Shown here in pieces: positions 1-8,891 of a stretch of DNA of 64,000 bases. Within the stretch, counting starts at the first letter, position 1. Each line of letters starts with the position of its first letter. A program made the position numbers and the translations under genes. Where the stretch lies: contig CBDUPA010000005.1 in assembly GCA_965368975.1 (NCBI GenBank), positions 224,001 through 288,000 of the forward strand. The letters are read 5' to 3'. The notes beneath the pieces were generated by a model, which searched no databases, was not told the origin of the DNA, and was given only the letters and a program-made list of their open reading frames with translations. This stretch comes from an uncultured bacterium (GTDB taxonomy: Bacteria > Acidobacteriota > Thermoanaerobaculia > Multivoradales > JAHZIX01).

Positions 1-2
1 GG

Positions 3-104
3 CTGTCGCAGGCGCAGACGGGAAAGCTCGATGACGTCCGGTCGCGGGCTCAAGAGCGTCTGCAACGTCGAGGGCAGAGAAGGGTTCGATGGAAGAAGGC
101 GTAA
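3..104 (+). CDS. Probable 3' end of an upstream gene, truncated by the window edge
   Basis: Frame 3 is open from the edge (LSQAQTGKLDDVRSRAQERLQRRGQRRVRWKKA) to TAA at 102-104, 19 nt before the TIR gene ATG. Too short to identify. Confidence 0.35.
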   Translation: MSQAQTGKLDDVRSRAQERLQRRGQRRVRWKKA

Positions 105-123
105 GCTATATGAAGGGGGTTAT

Positions 124-1791
124 ATGAGGGTATTCATTTCTTATTGCAGGGAGGATAAGCGCGTTGCCGATGAAGTATATCTTGGCCTGAGAGACCGAGA
201 CTTTCTTCCTTGGATGGATGAGCCTCCTGAACCTTACCACCTTGAGGGCATCAGACCCGGAGAGCATTGGAAGATTAGAATCGAGGAGCATTTGGGCCAG
301 TCTGACTTGGCGATTGTTCTAGTATCATCCATGAGATATTTGAAAAAGAGGCGATATTTTAACAATGAAATGAAGTTGATTTCAGATATCCGGGACTCGA
401 TGGCGGGGACCGAGATTTTTCTGGTACCGGTAGTGTTAGATGAGGCCCTCAATATCAATGAGGTTCGGTTTGGCCGATCAAATCTAGCCGATATTCACTA
501 CGTCAGATACTACGCTGGGGGAGTCGGACTTTTATTAAGCGGTCTGGAAGCGCTCAGAGAGAGCATCCAGAATCCCTTCTCTGAGTCACCGTTTGAGACG
601 AATGATGGCACTTGGCGTAGTAAAGAGCTTTCTGAGGAGGGGTGGGCGATTCTGTTCCCTGAGTCGGCAGGACCAGGCACAAGAGATGCGTTGAAGCCCT
701 TGATGGATCATCGTAGAAATCAGGTTGGGCCTTTGTTCAGAGAGTTTGAGTACAAGATGGGGGAATCGGTTCAGCAGTTTTTGGGGCGGAATGGTGCTGG
801 TGCAGGGGTTGTCAACCGAGCAATGATTCCTGCAAACATCCTGATCGTAGGTGACCCCGGGTGGACGGGTGACCCCACTTTGATACCATATGATTTTCAA
901 ATAGACCTAGGAATACAGTTTTCTGTAGGCAGACTAGCACTGGAAAAAGATGAAGATTTCTCTGTATATGCAAGTAAGTTAGTCTCATATGAGCGCGCTC
1001 TTCCTCGTGAGCCTTTGAAGCTTGGGCTTTTTGCCCCAGTTCATCAAGGAGACATAGTAAGCAAGATCGTCTTGGAGAATCTTGCCAATCCCCTGAAGCT
1101 TGGCATCTCAGCCAGGATCGGACCTGAGAAGGTTGATGAAGTATTTGGCTCTGTGGCTACGAAGGAGCGGCTGACAAGGATGATTTCGAACGCTCAGGGG
1201 GTCATAGTCTCGATGTCACACGGGGTTTCAGGTCAGAGCAGACAGACAAGTTCAATTCTATGTGCAGACTGGGAAGGAGTTGGGACACCGCTTTGCGATC
1301 AAGATCTGTTCTCTGAGGGAGATGTCTGCTCATTGACAAAACGAGGGGAAAGGGATGGGATTAATGGTTCAGTTTTCGTTATGTTTGAGGCGTATGGTTG
1401 TGGAGGTCTCCAAACTAAGAGCAGTGCTCCTTATGTTTCGGCTCTCAGTAATAGCCTTCTTGCTTGCCCGGGGATCTCGACTTTGGCAGTAGTCGGACGG
1501 CTGAGCGAAGGATCGACGTGCACCTTCGATTGGTTCGGAAGAGGCGGAGATGTATGGACGTATGTAATGTTAGTTGATTCTCTGATGACAGGTGCAAAGG
1601 TAGGGGAATCGTTGTCTTTCCTACGGGAACGACAAAAAGTTCTTGCAGGCCAGATAGCTAGCTTGACTGACTCACAGTTGCTCCGATTAGCATATCCTAG
1701 CGGCACTGAACTCCTGCGGTTATGGGACGTTTACAGAGATGCACGTGGATTCGTTCTCTTGGGTGATCCAGCGACAAGACTGATGAGGTAG
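124..1791 (+). CDS. TIR domain fused to a caspase/gingipain (peptidase C25-like) domain
   Basis: N-terminus MRVFISYCREDK..PWMD..IRPGEHW..YFNNE..FLVPVVLD is TIR_2-like with the catalytic-type Glu. C-terminal ~390 aa has GWAILFP, ILIVGDP, SVGRL, SHG and LLGDPATRL. Start moved from 31 to ATG 124, preceded by GAAGGGGG. Confidence 0.8.
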   Translation: MRVFISYCREDKRVADEVYLGLRDRDFLPWMDEPPEPYHLEGIRPGEHWKIRIEEHLGQSDLAIVLVSSMRYLKKRRYFNNEMKLISDIRDSMAGTEIFLVPVVLDEALNINEVRFGRSNLADIHYVRYYAGGVGLLLSGLEALRESIQNPFSESPFETNDGTWRSKELSEEGWAILFPESAGPGTRDALKPLMDHRRNQVGPLFREFEYKMGESVQQFLGRNGAGAGVVNRAMIPANILIVGDPGWTGDPTLIPYDFQIDLGIQFSVGRLALEKDEDFSVYASKLVSYERALPREPLKLGLFAPVHQGDIVSKIVLENLANPLKLGISARIGPEKVDEVFGSVATKERLTRMISNAQGVIVSMSHGVSGQSRQTSSILCADWEGVGTPLCDQDLFSEGDVCSLTKRGERDGINGSVFVMFEAYGCGGLQTKSSAPYVSALSNSLLACPGISTLAVVGRLSEGSTCTFDWFGRGGDVWTYVMLVDSLMTGAKVGESLSFLRERQKVLAGQIASLTDSQLLRLAYPSGTELLRLWDVYRDARGFVLLGDPATRLMR

Positions 1792-3129
1792 GCGATAGGC
1801 TGGATCTCCGAGGAGGATATAGTTCCTGGCATCTTCTAGCGCTAGCCACAGAGTGTCTTCATCTCTAGGCACTAACTGCGGCCCATTCTTTATTTTGCCG
1901 CCGTGTACTTCATTTATAAAAATACAGGCAAGTGCATTGTACCGAGCCTGGAAGTGCCTCATGGCATGGCCTGCCGGAGTGCCTGCTAGTAATTCATTAA
2001 TAACATTCGCGTAGGTTGCAATTTCGCTCGACGGATGCAGAAAGCTTATCGAAGTGTCCCATAACTGGCCAAGGTGCCCAATCACTGCAAGAGCTCCCCT
2101 GGACAGCGCGGTCTTCGCAAGAGCGGACAAGAAGCCTGATTGCGCGTTTTGTTGAGCTCTCTGGAGATTGCGATAATTGCTATGTTTCGGAGTGCCTGCA
2201 CCGCACGTTGTTAGAAGGAAGAGGATTAGTCCGTGCGCCAGTTCGGTAGGTAGATCATCTGATTGCAAGCAATGATCCAGATCTAGTGGCCAAGACATCC
2301 CGGGCCAGTCTTGGCATACAAAATCTCCTTGATGGGAGAACTGCTCGGGACGATCGATTGGAAAAGTAACACCATGGCCTGCAAGCAGGGCGATGTCGAG
2401 ACGTTCTCTCAGGGCAGCGATTAGGTTTTTCTTCGTGGCTGCATGACCGAAAAGCTTGACTATATTGCAGTCAACATCTACTCGACTTAGCTGATCTAGA
2501 ATGGGTGGAAAGAAATCATTATGGAGAACTTGGAGTGCTGGAGCTCCGTTGTGTTCGGCTGCGCAGAATAGTGTTTGGGCCCGGGTTCGTTCTTGCTGAT
2601 CTGAGACTGCCTTGAGAGCGTACTGGCGATAAGACTCAGCGTGATCGAAGTGAAGTCGACCTACAGCATAGGTAGCGGATAATTCTTGTTGTACGCTGAA
2701 TGATATCTCCTCTGGAGATCCTACAATCAAGATATAGTATGGCAACTTGAGAGGGTCTAGTGATCCTGCTCCGCACCCTAATCGATGAAGGAACTGGAAA
2801 GTTGAAGACTCTTGGAGTCCATCCTGAAAGGCGAGCTCTTTGTATAGATTGCCTGCTTCATCTTCTCTGCGATGCCTGAGAGGAGCCAGGGCTCTATATA
2901 TATCACTATCGGTTTCCTTTGGGAAGACTATGCACCAGCCGCTATCCTTGACCGTTGAGAGGTCTATGGGTTTAAGATGAGCTGTGGTTAGCCGGGGTGA
3001 ACTGGCAGCTTCTCGGGGTGATCGAAGGAGTCCTGTGTTCTCAGAAGCCCCTGGTTGGAGCGTGGCTCCAGAAGAGAAGTCAATCCCTATGGTTAGGGGC
3101 TCAGCCATCGTTTTGTGAAAAATTGTCAT
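1720..3129 (-). CDS. Stand-alone peptidase C25-like (caspase-fold) protein, paralogue of the facing gene's C-terminal domain
   Basis: GWCIVFP, PYYILIVGSP, YAVGRLHF, AGHG, TTCGAGTP, AVIGH and DARNYILLGDPAYRL align block-for-block with ORF 124-1791. The start may be the second Met at 3108 (MAEPLTIGID). Confidence 0.8.
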   Translation of the reverse strand: MTIFHKTMAEPLTIGIDFSSGATLQPGASENTGLLRSPREAASSPRLTTAHLKPIDLSTVKDSGWCIVFPKETDSDIYRALAPLRHRREDEAGNLYKELAFQDGLQESSTFQFLHRLGCGAGSLDPLKLPYYILIVGSPEEISFSVQQELSATYAVGRLHFDHAESYRQYALKAVSDQQERTRAQTLFCAAEHNGAPALQVLHNDFFPPILDQLSRVDVDCNIVKLFGHAATKKNLIAALRERLDIALLAGHGVTFPIDRPEQFSHQGDFVCQDWPGMSWPLDLDHCLQSDDLPTELAHGLILFLLTTCGAGTPKHSNYRNLQRAQQNAQSGFLSALAKTALSRGALAVIGHLGQLWDTSISFLHPSSEIATYANVINELLAGTPAGHAMRHFQARYNALACIFINEVHGGKIKNGPQLVPRDEDTLWLALEDARNYILLGDPAYRLPHQSCRWITQENESTCISVNVP

Positions 3130-3741
3130 CGTCTCGGGTTCTCGGCGAGGTGCTGTTTCTTCTTACAAACTTCCTGAGTGTTAGCAGGTCGAATCATGTG
3201 GGATCTTACATCATGCTGACCTCACAAGTGAGGAAAGTTGGCCGAGCCCATGAACCTGGGTGGAACCTGAATTGTGAAGAGGTTGAACTGTATGCATCCT
3301 GCTCCGCGGTTCCAAGCTCGCGTCTGGAGTTGGCGGCGTCACGAGTTGGAGATTCTGCGTCGCGTTTAAGGGTGTCCGATTTGTTAGTGCCGTAGAGGAG
3401 TTCTTGCTAGCATTATTCATGTTTGTCTGCAATTAGTTTCTTGAGATTGGATGTGGCTAAAGGGGATGCTCTGTCAAGAGTGTGATTAGGGCGATGTCCG
3501 TGTCTGCCGGCCGGAGAATATGACATGGTTCGACGGGGTGTGGCTATGGGGGCACGGAGAAGGTTAGCGGGAAACGCCGCTCGACCATCAGGAAGCCAAA
3601 CTTTCGGCGAGACCTGCCGCGGTGGAGCGGCTCTTGGAATCCATTCAAGACTCCAGCTTGCTGCAAAGATCCTCTCGCTGCGTCCTGAAAGCAGCCTACC
3701 CGGGGCTCGACGAGATGAGGTTACCGGGCTGACTTCCCGCC

Positions 3742-4527
3742 CTACGACGACGCCGACGCGTAAGCTCGCAATCCCCGGCGCCAGAACCAGAGCGTGAAGA
3801 GCGAGAAGGCCACGACGATGGCGAGGGCGTGCAGCAGCGTCCCGAGGGTCAGGCCGTCGAACAGGACGTGTGCCGGGATCGAGCCGAAGAAGGCCAGGGG
3901 TAGCACGGTGATCATGGCGATGCGTAGCCAGCTGCTGTAGATCTGGTGCGGCCGCTCGGCGAGGTCGCTGAGGCGCCAGGAGACTTCGTCCAGGCCGCGG
4001 CTGCTGTGCAGCCAGAAGACCGGGATGATGAAGATCATGCGGATCAGGTACTCGACGATGACACCGATCCCCAGGAAGCCGAAGTAGGTCATGATCGAGA
4101 CGGTGCCGAGCGGGTCCGGGTAGCGGCTCAGGGCCCAGGTCACCAGGCTTCCAGCCATCAGCATGTTGACGAACGAGTTGGCGGCGAAGTCGCGCAGGCT
4201 GAGCATGAACAGGGAACTCACCGGCCGCACCAGGTAGTAGTCCAGATCGCCGCGGTTGATGAAGATGGGCAGCCACCAGAGGTTGTTCGAGAACACCGCC
4301 ATGATTACGGCGTCGACCAGCAGCAGGCCGCAGATGAAGATGTAGACCTGGTCCAGCGTCCAGCCACCGAGGGCCGAGGTGTGCTGGTAGAGGATGGTGA
4401 AGAAGGCGAGGCTGATGCCGTAGTAGGCGAGATCCATGAAGATGCGGAAGAAGAAATCCATGCGGAATTCCAGGGCTCGGCTGAAGGAGAAGCGCAGGAA
4501 GCCGAGGTAGAGGTAGAAGTAACGCAT
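3742..4527 (-). CDS. ABC-2 family permease (DUF990/ABC2_membrane_6-like)
   Basis: Multi-TM protein with GGW, INRGDLDYYLVRPVS and P..IY..W motifs. Start taken at MRYFYL (4527), 4 nt from the upstream stop. Confidence 0.85.
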   Translation of the reverse strand: MRYFYLYLGFLRFSFSRALEFRMDFFFRIFMDLAYYGISLAFFTILYQHTSALGGWTLDQVYIFICGLLLVDAVIMAVFSNNLWWLPIFINRGDLDYYLVRPVSSLFMLSLRDFAANSFVNMLMAGSLVTWALSRYPDPLGTVSIMTYFGFLGIGVIVEYLIRMIFIIPVFWLHSSRGLDEVSWRLSDLAERPHQIYSSWLRIAMITVLPLAFFGSIPAHVLFDGLTLGTLLHALAIVVAFSLFTLWFWRRGLRAYASASS

Positions 4528-4531
4528 GGCT

Positions 4532-5374
4532 TCAGATCCCGACACCACTGTAGACGCGGTAGCCACGTTGCCAGACGCTGTGGCCGATCCACATCAGGAG
4601 CAGGCACCAGGCACTGCCGACGCCGAGAGCCTGCAGCCAGGCGGTGCCGTCGACCTCGCCCATCAGGGTGCGGACGGGGAAGGAGTAGAGGTAGGGGAAG
4701 GGTGTCCACTGCAGCACGTTCTGGGCCCAGGCGGGGAAGACGGCCAGGGGCAGGATCCGGCCGCCGAGCAGGTCAGAGCAGATATGCAGCATGAGGTTGA
4801 GGCTCCACACATTGTCGGCCCAGAAGGCGATGCCTTCGAGGGGCACGGCGAGCAGGAACCACAGCAGGTTGGCGAGGGCGACGGCGATGATTGTGCGCAC
4901 GAGGCCACCGGCGGTGATCTCCAGACTCTGCGAGAGTGTGCCGTCCGGCAGGGTGCCCTCCGCCAGCGTGAACAGGAGCAGGCTGATGGCGGTGAACAGG
5001 AGTAGCTGAATCGCCGCCGGTGCCAGGCGTGCCAGGTGCTGGGCGTACTTGAAGCCCCAATAGGACGCGGGGTAGACCAAGTAGCGGGTCAGGGAGCCTT
5101 CGTAGATGTCCTGGGACAGCCAGCTCTCGGTGCGCCCGCCGGCGACCATCTTGGCCAGGAGGATGACCAGCACGTAATAGAGCACCATACCTTCGAAGGT
5201 GAAGCCTTGGATTTGCTCGGCGCCGCTGGCGGCGAAGACAGCCTTCCAGACGAACCAGGCGAGCGTCAGCTCGACGACGAAGGTGACCAAGGCGTTGATC
5301 CAGAAGTCGACGCGGTAGCTCATCTGCGTGCGCGCTTCCAGGCTGAGCACTCGGCGGAAGAGCAACGGCGTCAA
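4532..5374 (-). CDS. ABC-2 family permease
   Basis: YRVDF, IYEGSLTRYLVYP, GGRILPLAVFP.W and PFPY..FP motifs; its TTG start overlaps the ATPase stop. Confidence 0.85.
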   Translation of the reverse strand: MTPLLFRRVLSLEARTQMSYRVDFWINALVTFVVELTLAWFVWKAVFAASGAEQIQGFTFEGMVLYYVLVILLAKMVAGGRTESWLSQDIYEGSLTRYLVYPASYWGFKYAQHLARLAPAAIQLLLFTAISLLLFTLAEGTLPDGTLSQSLEITAGGLVRTIIAVALANLLWFLLAVPLEGIAFWADNVWSLNLMLHICSDLLGGRILPLAVFPAWAQNVLQWTPFPYLYSFPVRTLMGEVDGTAWLQALGVGSAWCLLLMWIGHSVWQRGYRVYSGVGI

Positions 5375-6414
5375 GCTTCGCCCTCCTCTGGCTGCTGCTG
5401 GCGCGCGCGCAGCAGGCCCTCAATGATCGTGCCGACATCCTCTTCCTCGATCGCCAGGTCGACCACGGGGAAGCGCTGTAACAGCTCGGCAGCGGCGCGG
5501 GTGACGTCGGCGCGCGGGACTTCCAAGCGAACCTCAATGTCGGTACAGCTGAGCACGCGGCCCAGATCCTGGAGCTCGTCGTCGCGGGGGATCCGGCACG
5601 GAGTCTCGAGGCTGTCTCGCAGTGCTTCCGGCAGGACTCCTGGATCTAGGCGGGCGGTAATGATCTTGTGGCGCGCGAAGCGTTCGATCACCTGTTGTAG
5701 CGGGCCATCGTAGACCAGCTCGCCTTCGCGCAGGATCAGAATTCGTTCGCACAGGCGCTCGATGTCTTCCATGTAGTGGCTGGTCACCAGCATCGCTGGC
5801 TGATGCTCCTGCCGGTATTCGAGCAGGAACTCGCGCACCGCACGTTGTGCCGACAAGTCGAGACCGATGGTGGGTTCGTCCAGGTAGACGACGCGCGGCT
5901 GGTGCAACAGGGCGGCGATCAGCTCCATCTTCATGCGTTCGCCGAGCGATAGGCGGCGCAGTTGGATGTGTAGCTCGTTCTGGACCTCGAGCATCTCGGC
6001 CAGGGTGTGCAAGGTGTCGCGGAAGCGGGCGTCGGGGATGCGGTAGATCTCCTTCAGCAATAGGAAGGAGTCGGCGGCCGGCAGGTCCCACCACAGCTGC
6101 GCTTTCTGGCCCATGATCAGTGCGATCTGCCGGCGCATACGATCGTCGCGCTTCCACGGCACGTGACCCAGGACGCGTGCGTCGCCGCCGCTCGGGTGGA
6201 TGATGCCGGCCAGCATCTTGACCACCGTCGTCTTGCCGGCGCCATTGGCACCCAGCAGGCCGACGATCTCGCCTTCATCGACGCGGAAGCTCACGCCACG
6301 CACCGCTTCCTTGGCCACTTTCTCGCGCAGTAGCAGTGACTTGACGGAACCCCACAGGCCGGGCTGCTTGCGATGGACGTAAAAGGTCTTGCGCAGATCG
6401 GTGGCTTCGATCAC
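5371..6414 (-). CDS. ABC transporter ATP-binding protein
   Basis: Walker A GANGAGKT, signature LSLGERMK, Walker B VVYLDEPTIGLD, H-loop TSH. Confidence 0.95.
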   Translation of the reverse strand: MIEATDLRKTFYVHRKQPGLWGSVKSLLLREKVAKEAVRGVSFRVDEGEIVGLLGANGAGKTTVVKMLAGIIHPSGGDARVLGHVPWKRDDRMRRQIALIMGQKAQLWWDLPAADSFLLLKEIYRIPDARFRDTLHTLAEMLEVQNELHIQLRRLSLGERMKMELIAALLHQPRVVYLDEPTIGLDLSAQRAVREFLLEYRQEHQPAMLVTSHYMEDIERLCERILILREGELVYDGPLQQVIERFARHKIITARLDPGVLPEALRDSLETPCRIPRDDELQDLGRVLSCTDIEVRLEVPRADVTRAAAELLQRFPVVDLAIEEEDVGTIIEGLLRARQQQPEEGEA

Positions 6415-8693
6415 GGGGCTGGTGTCCTCGGGGCTGGTGTCCTCGGGGCTGGTGTTCTAGGGGCTGGCTCGTCCACCGCGCGCAACGCTCCGCCCTCGGT
6501 CAGCTCATAGCTCGTACCGACGGCCACGTCGGTGAAGGTCTGGACGCCGCCGCCGGGCCAGCGCACTTCCAGGCTGTCGATCTTCTGCGCCTGGCCGACG
6601 CCGATCTCCTGGCGCAGGGGGGAGCCACCGAAGGAGCCGCCGGTGCCGACCAGCCGGTGCACGCTGCGCTGGCGTGCGCCGTCGCGGAAGGTGAGCGTGA
6701 GGCGAGCGCCGATGGCGGCCCGATTGCTGCGTTGGCCGTGCAGGCGCAGCTTGAGCCAATGATTCTTGAAGCCAGGGTTGCGGTAGAGCACGCTGGGGTA
6801 GTTGTCGCCCGGATAAGCGCCGCCCATCTGCTCGAAGACATCCTGGTCGCCATCTTCGTCGACGTCCGCGAAGGCGACGCCGTGGCCTTTCTGCAGGTGG
6901 CCGAAGCGGCCGGCGAAGGAGACGTCGACGAAGCGCTGACCGCCATCGTTGCGGTACATCAGGTTGGGCATCAAGGCCTCGAAGGGCGGCACGCCGGTGC
7001 CTAGGTAGACGTCGAGGAAGCCGTCGTTGTCGAGGTCACCGAAGTTGCTGCCCATCGGCAGAGCGGGTGCACCCAGGCCGAGTTGACGACTGATCTCGGT
7101 GAAGCGATGGCCGCCGGGGGCTTGTGGGTCGGCGCCGTCATTGCGATAGAGGCGCGGGTGAAAGCTGGTCACGGGGGCCTCGGTGGCGCTGGCGGCGAAG
7201 TAGAACCTCGCGATGTCGATCGTGCCGGCGTTGTAGTCGTTGACCCACAGGTCGAGGTCGCCGTCGTTGTCGTAGTCGAAGAACCAGGTGGCGAAGCTGC
7301 GGTCGCGCGGGGCATCGACACCGAGCTGGGGCGCGACATCGGTGAAGGTGCCGTTGCCGTTGTTGCGCCACAAGCGGTTGGGGCCCAGGTTGGAGGTGTA
7401 GAGGTCGGGGTCGCCATCGTCGTCGTAGTCGCCCCAGGCGACGCCCTTGGTCCAGTGCACCCCGTCGGCAACGCCAGCCTGGCGCGTGACGTCGGTAAAG
7501 CGCAGGCGGCCGGTCGCCGCGTCGAGATCGTTGCGGAAGAGCTGTGACGGATAGGCGCCGCCGTAGGGACCTTCATTGCCGATATAGAGGTCGAGGTCAC
7601 CGTCCAAGTCGTAATCGGCCCAGGCGGCGGTCTGCGTTGGGTAGGCGGGCGTGGCCAGGCCGGCTTCGGCGGTGACGTCGACGAAGTTGCCCGAGCCGCC
7701 ATTGAGCAGGAGCGAGTTGCGCATTTGGCCGTCGGCACCGAACCAGCCGCCGCGCAGCACCAGGATGTCGAGATCGCCATCGTTGTCGACATCGGCGTGC
7801 ACCATGTTGAGACCGCCCAGCTGGCCGTGCAGGCCGGCGGCTTCGGCACCTTCGGCGAAGTGGCCGCGGCCGTCGTTGACAAAGAAGCGCAGGTGGGAGC
7901 ACGGGTCGATCGCCGAGGTGACGACATCGAGATGACCGTCGCCGGTGAAGTCGTCGATCAGAGCACCGCCCGAGGTGTCGTTGATGTGCAGGCCGGCGTG
8001 ATGCGCCGTCTCGGCAAAGGCGGGGAAGCTTTCGCTCGACTGCAGGCGCCGCGGCGGAATGCGCAGCGCTGGCGGCAGCTCTGCTTGCGTGCCCAGCGTC
8101 ATGGCGGCGACGTTGAGCAGCCAGCGAGCCACGATGTGGCCCGGGATACCGGATAGTACTCCCGTGAAGGCGCGAACCGCCGCTTCCGAGCCGCGCCGGT
8201 CGACGTGCCGGCCGCCTTCGGAGATCGGGAAGATGCACATTTCCGGCGTGTGATGGCCGATGCAATTGCTCACTTCGCCCAAGCGCAGAGACGCCAGCCC
8301 GAGGTCCATCAGAATCTGCATCTGCAGCCGCACATCGAGGCGTGCCTGCGATGCCAGCTGCAGCGCCAGCTGCAGATTCTCCTGGGCCTCGGCGTTCTGG
8401 CCCAACCGCAGCTGTTCCAGGCCGAGTTTCTGCAGCCCGCGCGCCTGGGCGTCGGCGCCCTGGTCCGCGCGCTGCAGCCGCTGGCCCAGCTCGACGACGT
8501 GGCGGACTCCGTAGTATTCATTGTCGCTCTGGCGCAGCTGGTGGCACATCTCTAGAAACTCGCGCCGCGTCTGCTCGGGAGTTGTGGCGGCGGAAGCTGG
8601 TGCTGCTGTCAGCCATCCCCAGGGCAGCGCCAAGGTGCAGAGCACCGGGAGAAAGAGTCGCGGAGACGGTAAAGACATCGACGGCATTCTCAT
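6411..8693 (-). CDS. Exported CRTAC1-family protein (TPR-like N-terminus, FG-GAP/VCBS repeats, ASPIC/UnbV C-terminus)
   Basis: Signal-like hydrophobic N-terminus, seven D.D.DG..D repeats, C-terminal NHWLKLRL.G..SNRAAIGAR...G.G....ID.LEVRWP. Start uncertain (8693, 8687 or 8678). Confidence 0.85.
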   Translation of the reverse strand: MRMPSMSLPSPRLFLPVLCTLALPWGWLTAAPASAATTPEQTRREFLEMCHQLRQSDNEYYGVRHVVELGQRLQRADQGADAQARGLQKLGLEQLRLGQNAEAQENLQLALQLASQARLDVRLQMQILMDLGLASLRLGEVSNCIGHHTPEMCIFPISEGGRHVDRRGSEAAVRAFTGVLSGIPGHIVARWLLNVAAMTLGTQAELPPALRIPPRRLQSSESFPAFAETAHHAGLHINDTSGGALIDDFTGDGHLDVVTSAIDPCSHLRFFVNDGRGHFAEGAEAAGLHGQLGGLNMVHADVDNDGDLDILVLRGGWFGADGQMRNSLLLNGGSGNFVDVTAEAGLATPAYPTQTAAWADYDLDGDLDLYIGNEGPYGGAYPSQLFRNDLDAATGRLRFTDVTRQAGVADGVHWTKGVAWGDYDDDGDPDLYTSNLGPNRLWRNNGNGTFTDVAPQLGVDAPRDRSFATWFFDYDNDGDLDLWVNDYNAGTIDIARFYFAASATEAPVTSFHPRLYRNDGADPQAPGGHRFTEISRQLGLGAPALPMGSNFGDLDNDGFLDVYLGTGVPPFEALMPNLMYRNDGGQRFVDVSFAGRFGHLQKGHGVAFADVDEDGDQDVFEQMGGAYPGDNYPSVLYRNPGFKNHWLKLRLHGQRSNRAAIGARLTLTFRDGARQRSVHRLVGTGGSFGGSPLRQEIGVGQAQKIDSLEVRWPGGGVQTFTDVAVGTSYELTEGGALRAVDEPAPRTPAPRTPAPRTPAP
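6415..6467. repeat. 15-bp tandem repeat (3.5 copies) encoding (PAPRT)n
   Basis: ggggctggtgtcctc x2, ggggctggtgttcta, ggggctgg. Confidence 0.9.
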
Positions 8694-8891
8694 GCTGTGA
8701 GCATAACGTGCCGAACGCGCGAGCGGATGCGGTCGACGCAGGGACGTGGTTGGCGTTCCTGGGCACTTCGTGTATCCTGCCAACTCTGGCGGTGCAAGCT
8801 ACTTGCGAGGCAGGGCGACGGACGCTCCTGGCCGAACGCCAGCTCCATTGAGTTCCACTTTCGATTCGACCGGCGGAAGAAAACCGAGATC

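Larger units (their letters stand above)
100..3500. other. Low-GC, probably horizontally acquired island
   Basis: A/T-ending codons and AT-rich text (e.g. 301-480, 1861-2010, 3400-3480) contrast with GC-rich codons from ~3700 on. Boundaries are approximate and no mobility gene is seen. Confidence 0.65.

Noticed and set aside
31-123. N-terminal extension of the TIR ORF from ATG 31
   Set aside because: The TIR fold starts at MRVFISY (124) after a purine-rich RBS, and the extension overlaps a probable upstream gene end.
2997-3432. ORFs 2997-3395 (+) and 3211-3432 (-)
   Set aside because: No recognisable motif or clear RBS; more likely the promoter region of the island. A small gene cannot be fully excluded.
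3413-4276. 287-aa minus-strand ORF
   Set aside because: Alternative frame of the ABC permease with Arg/Pro-rich shadow composition.
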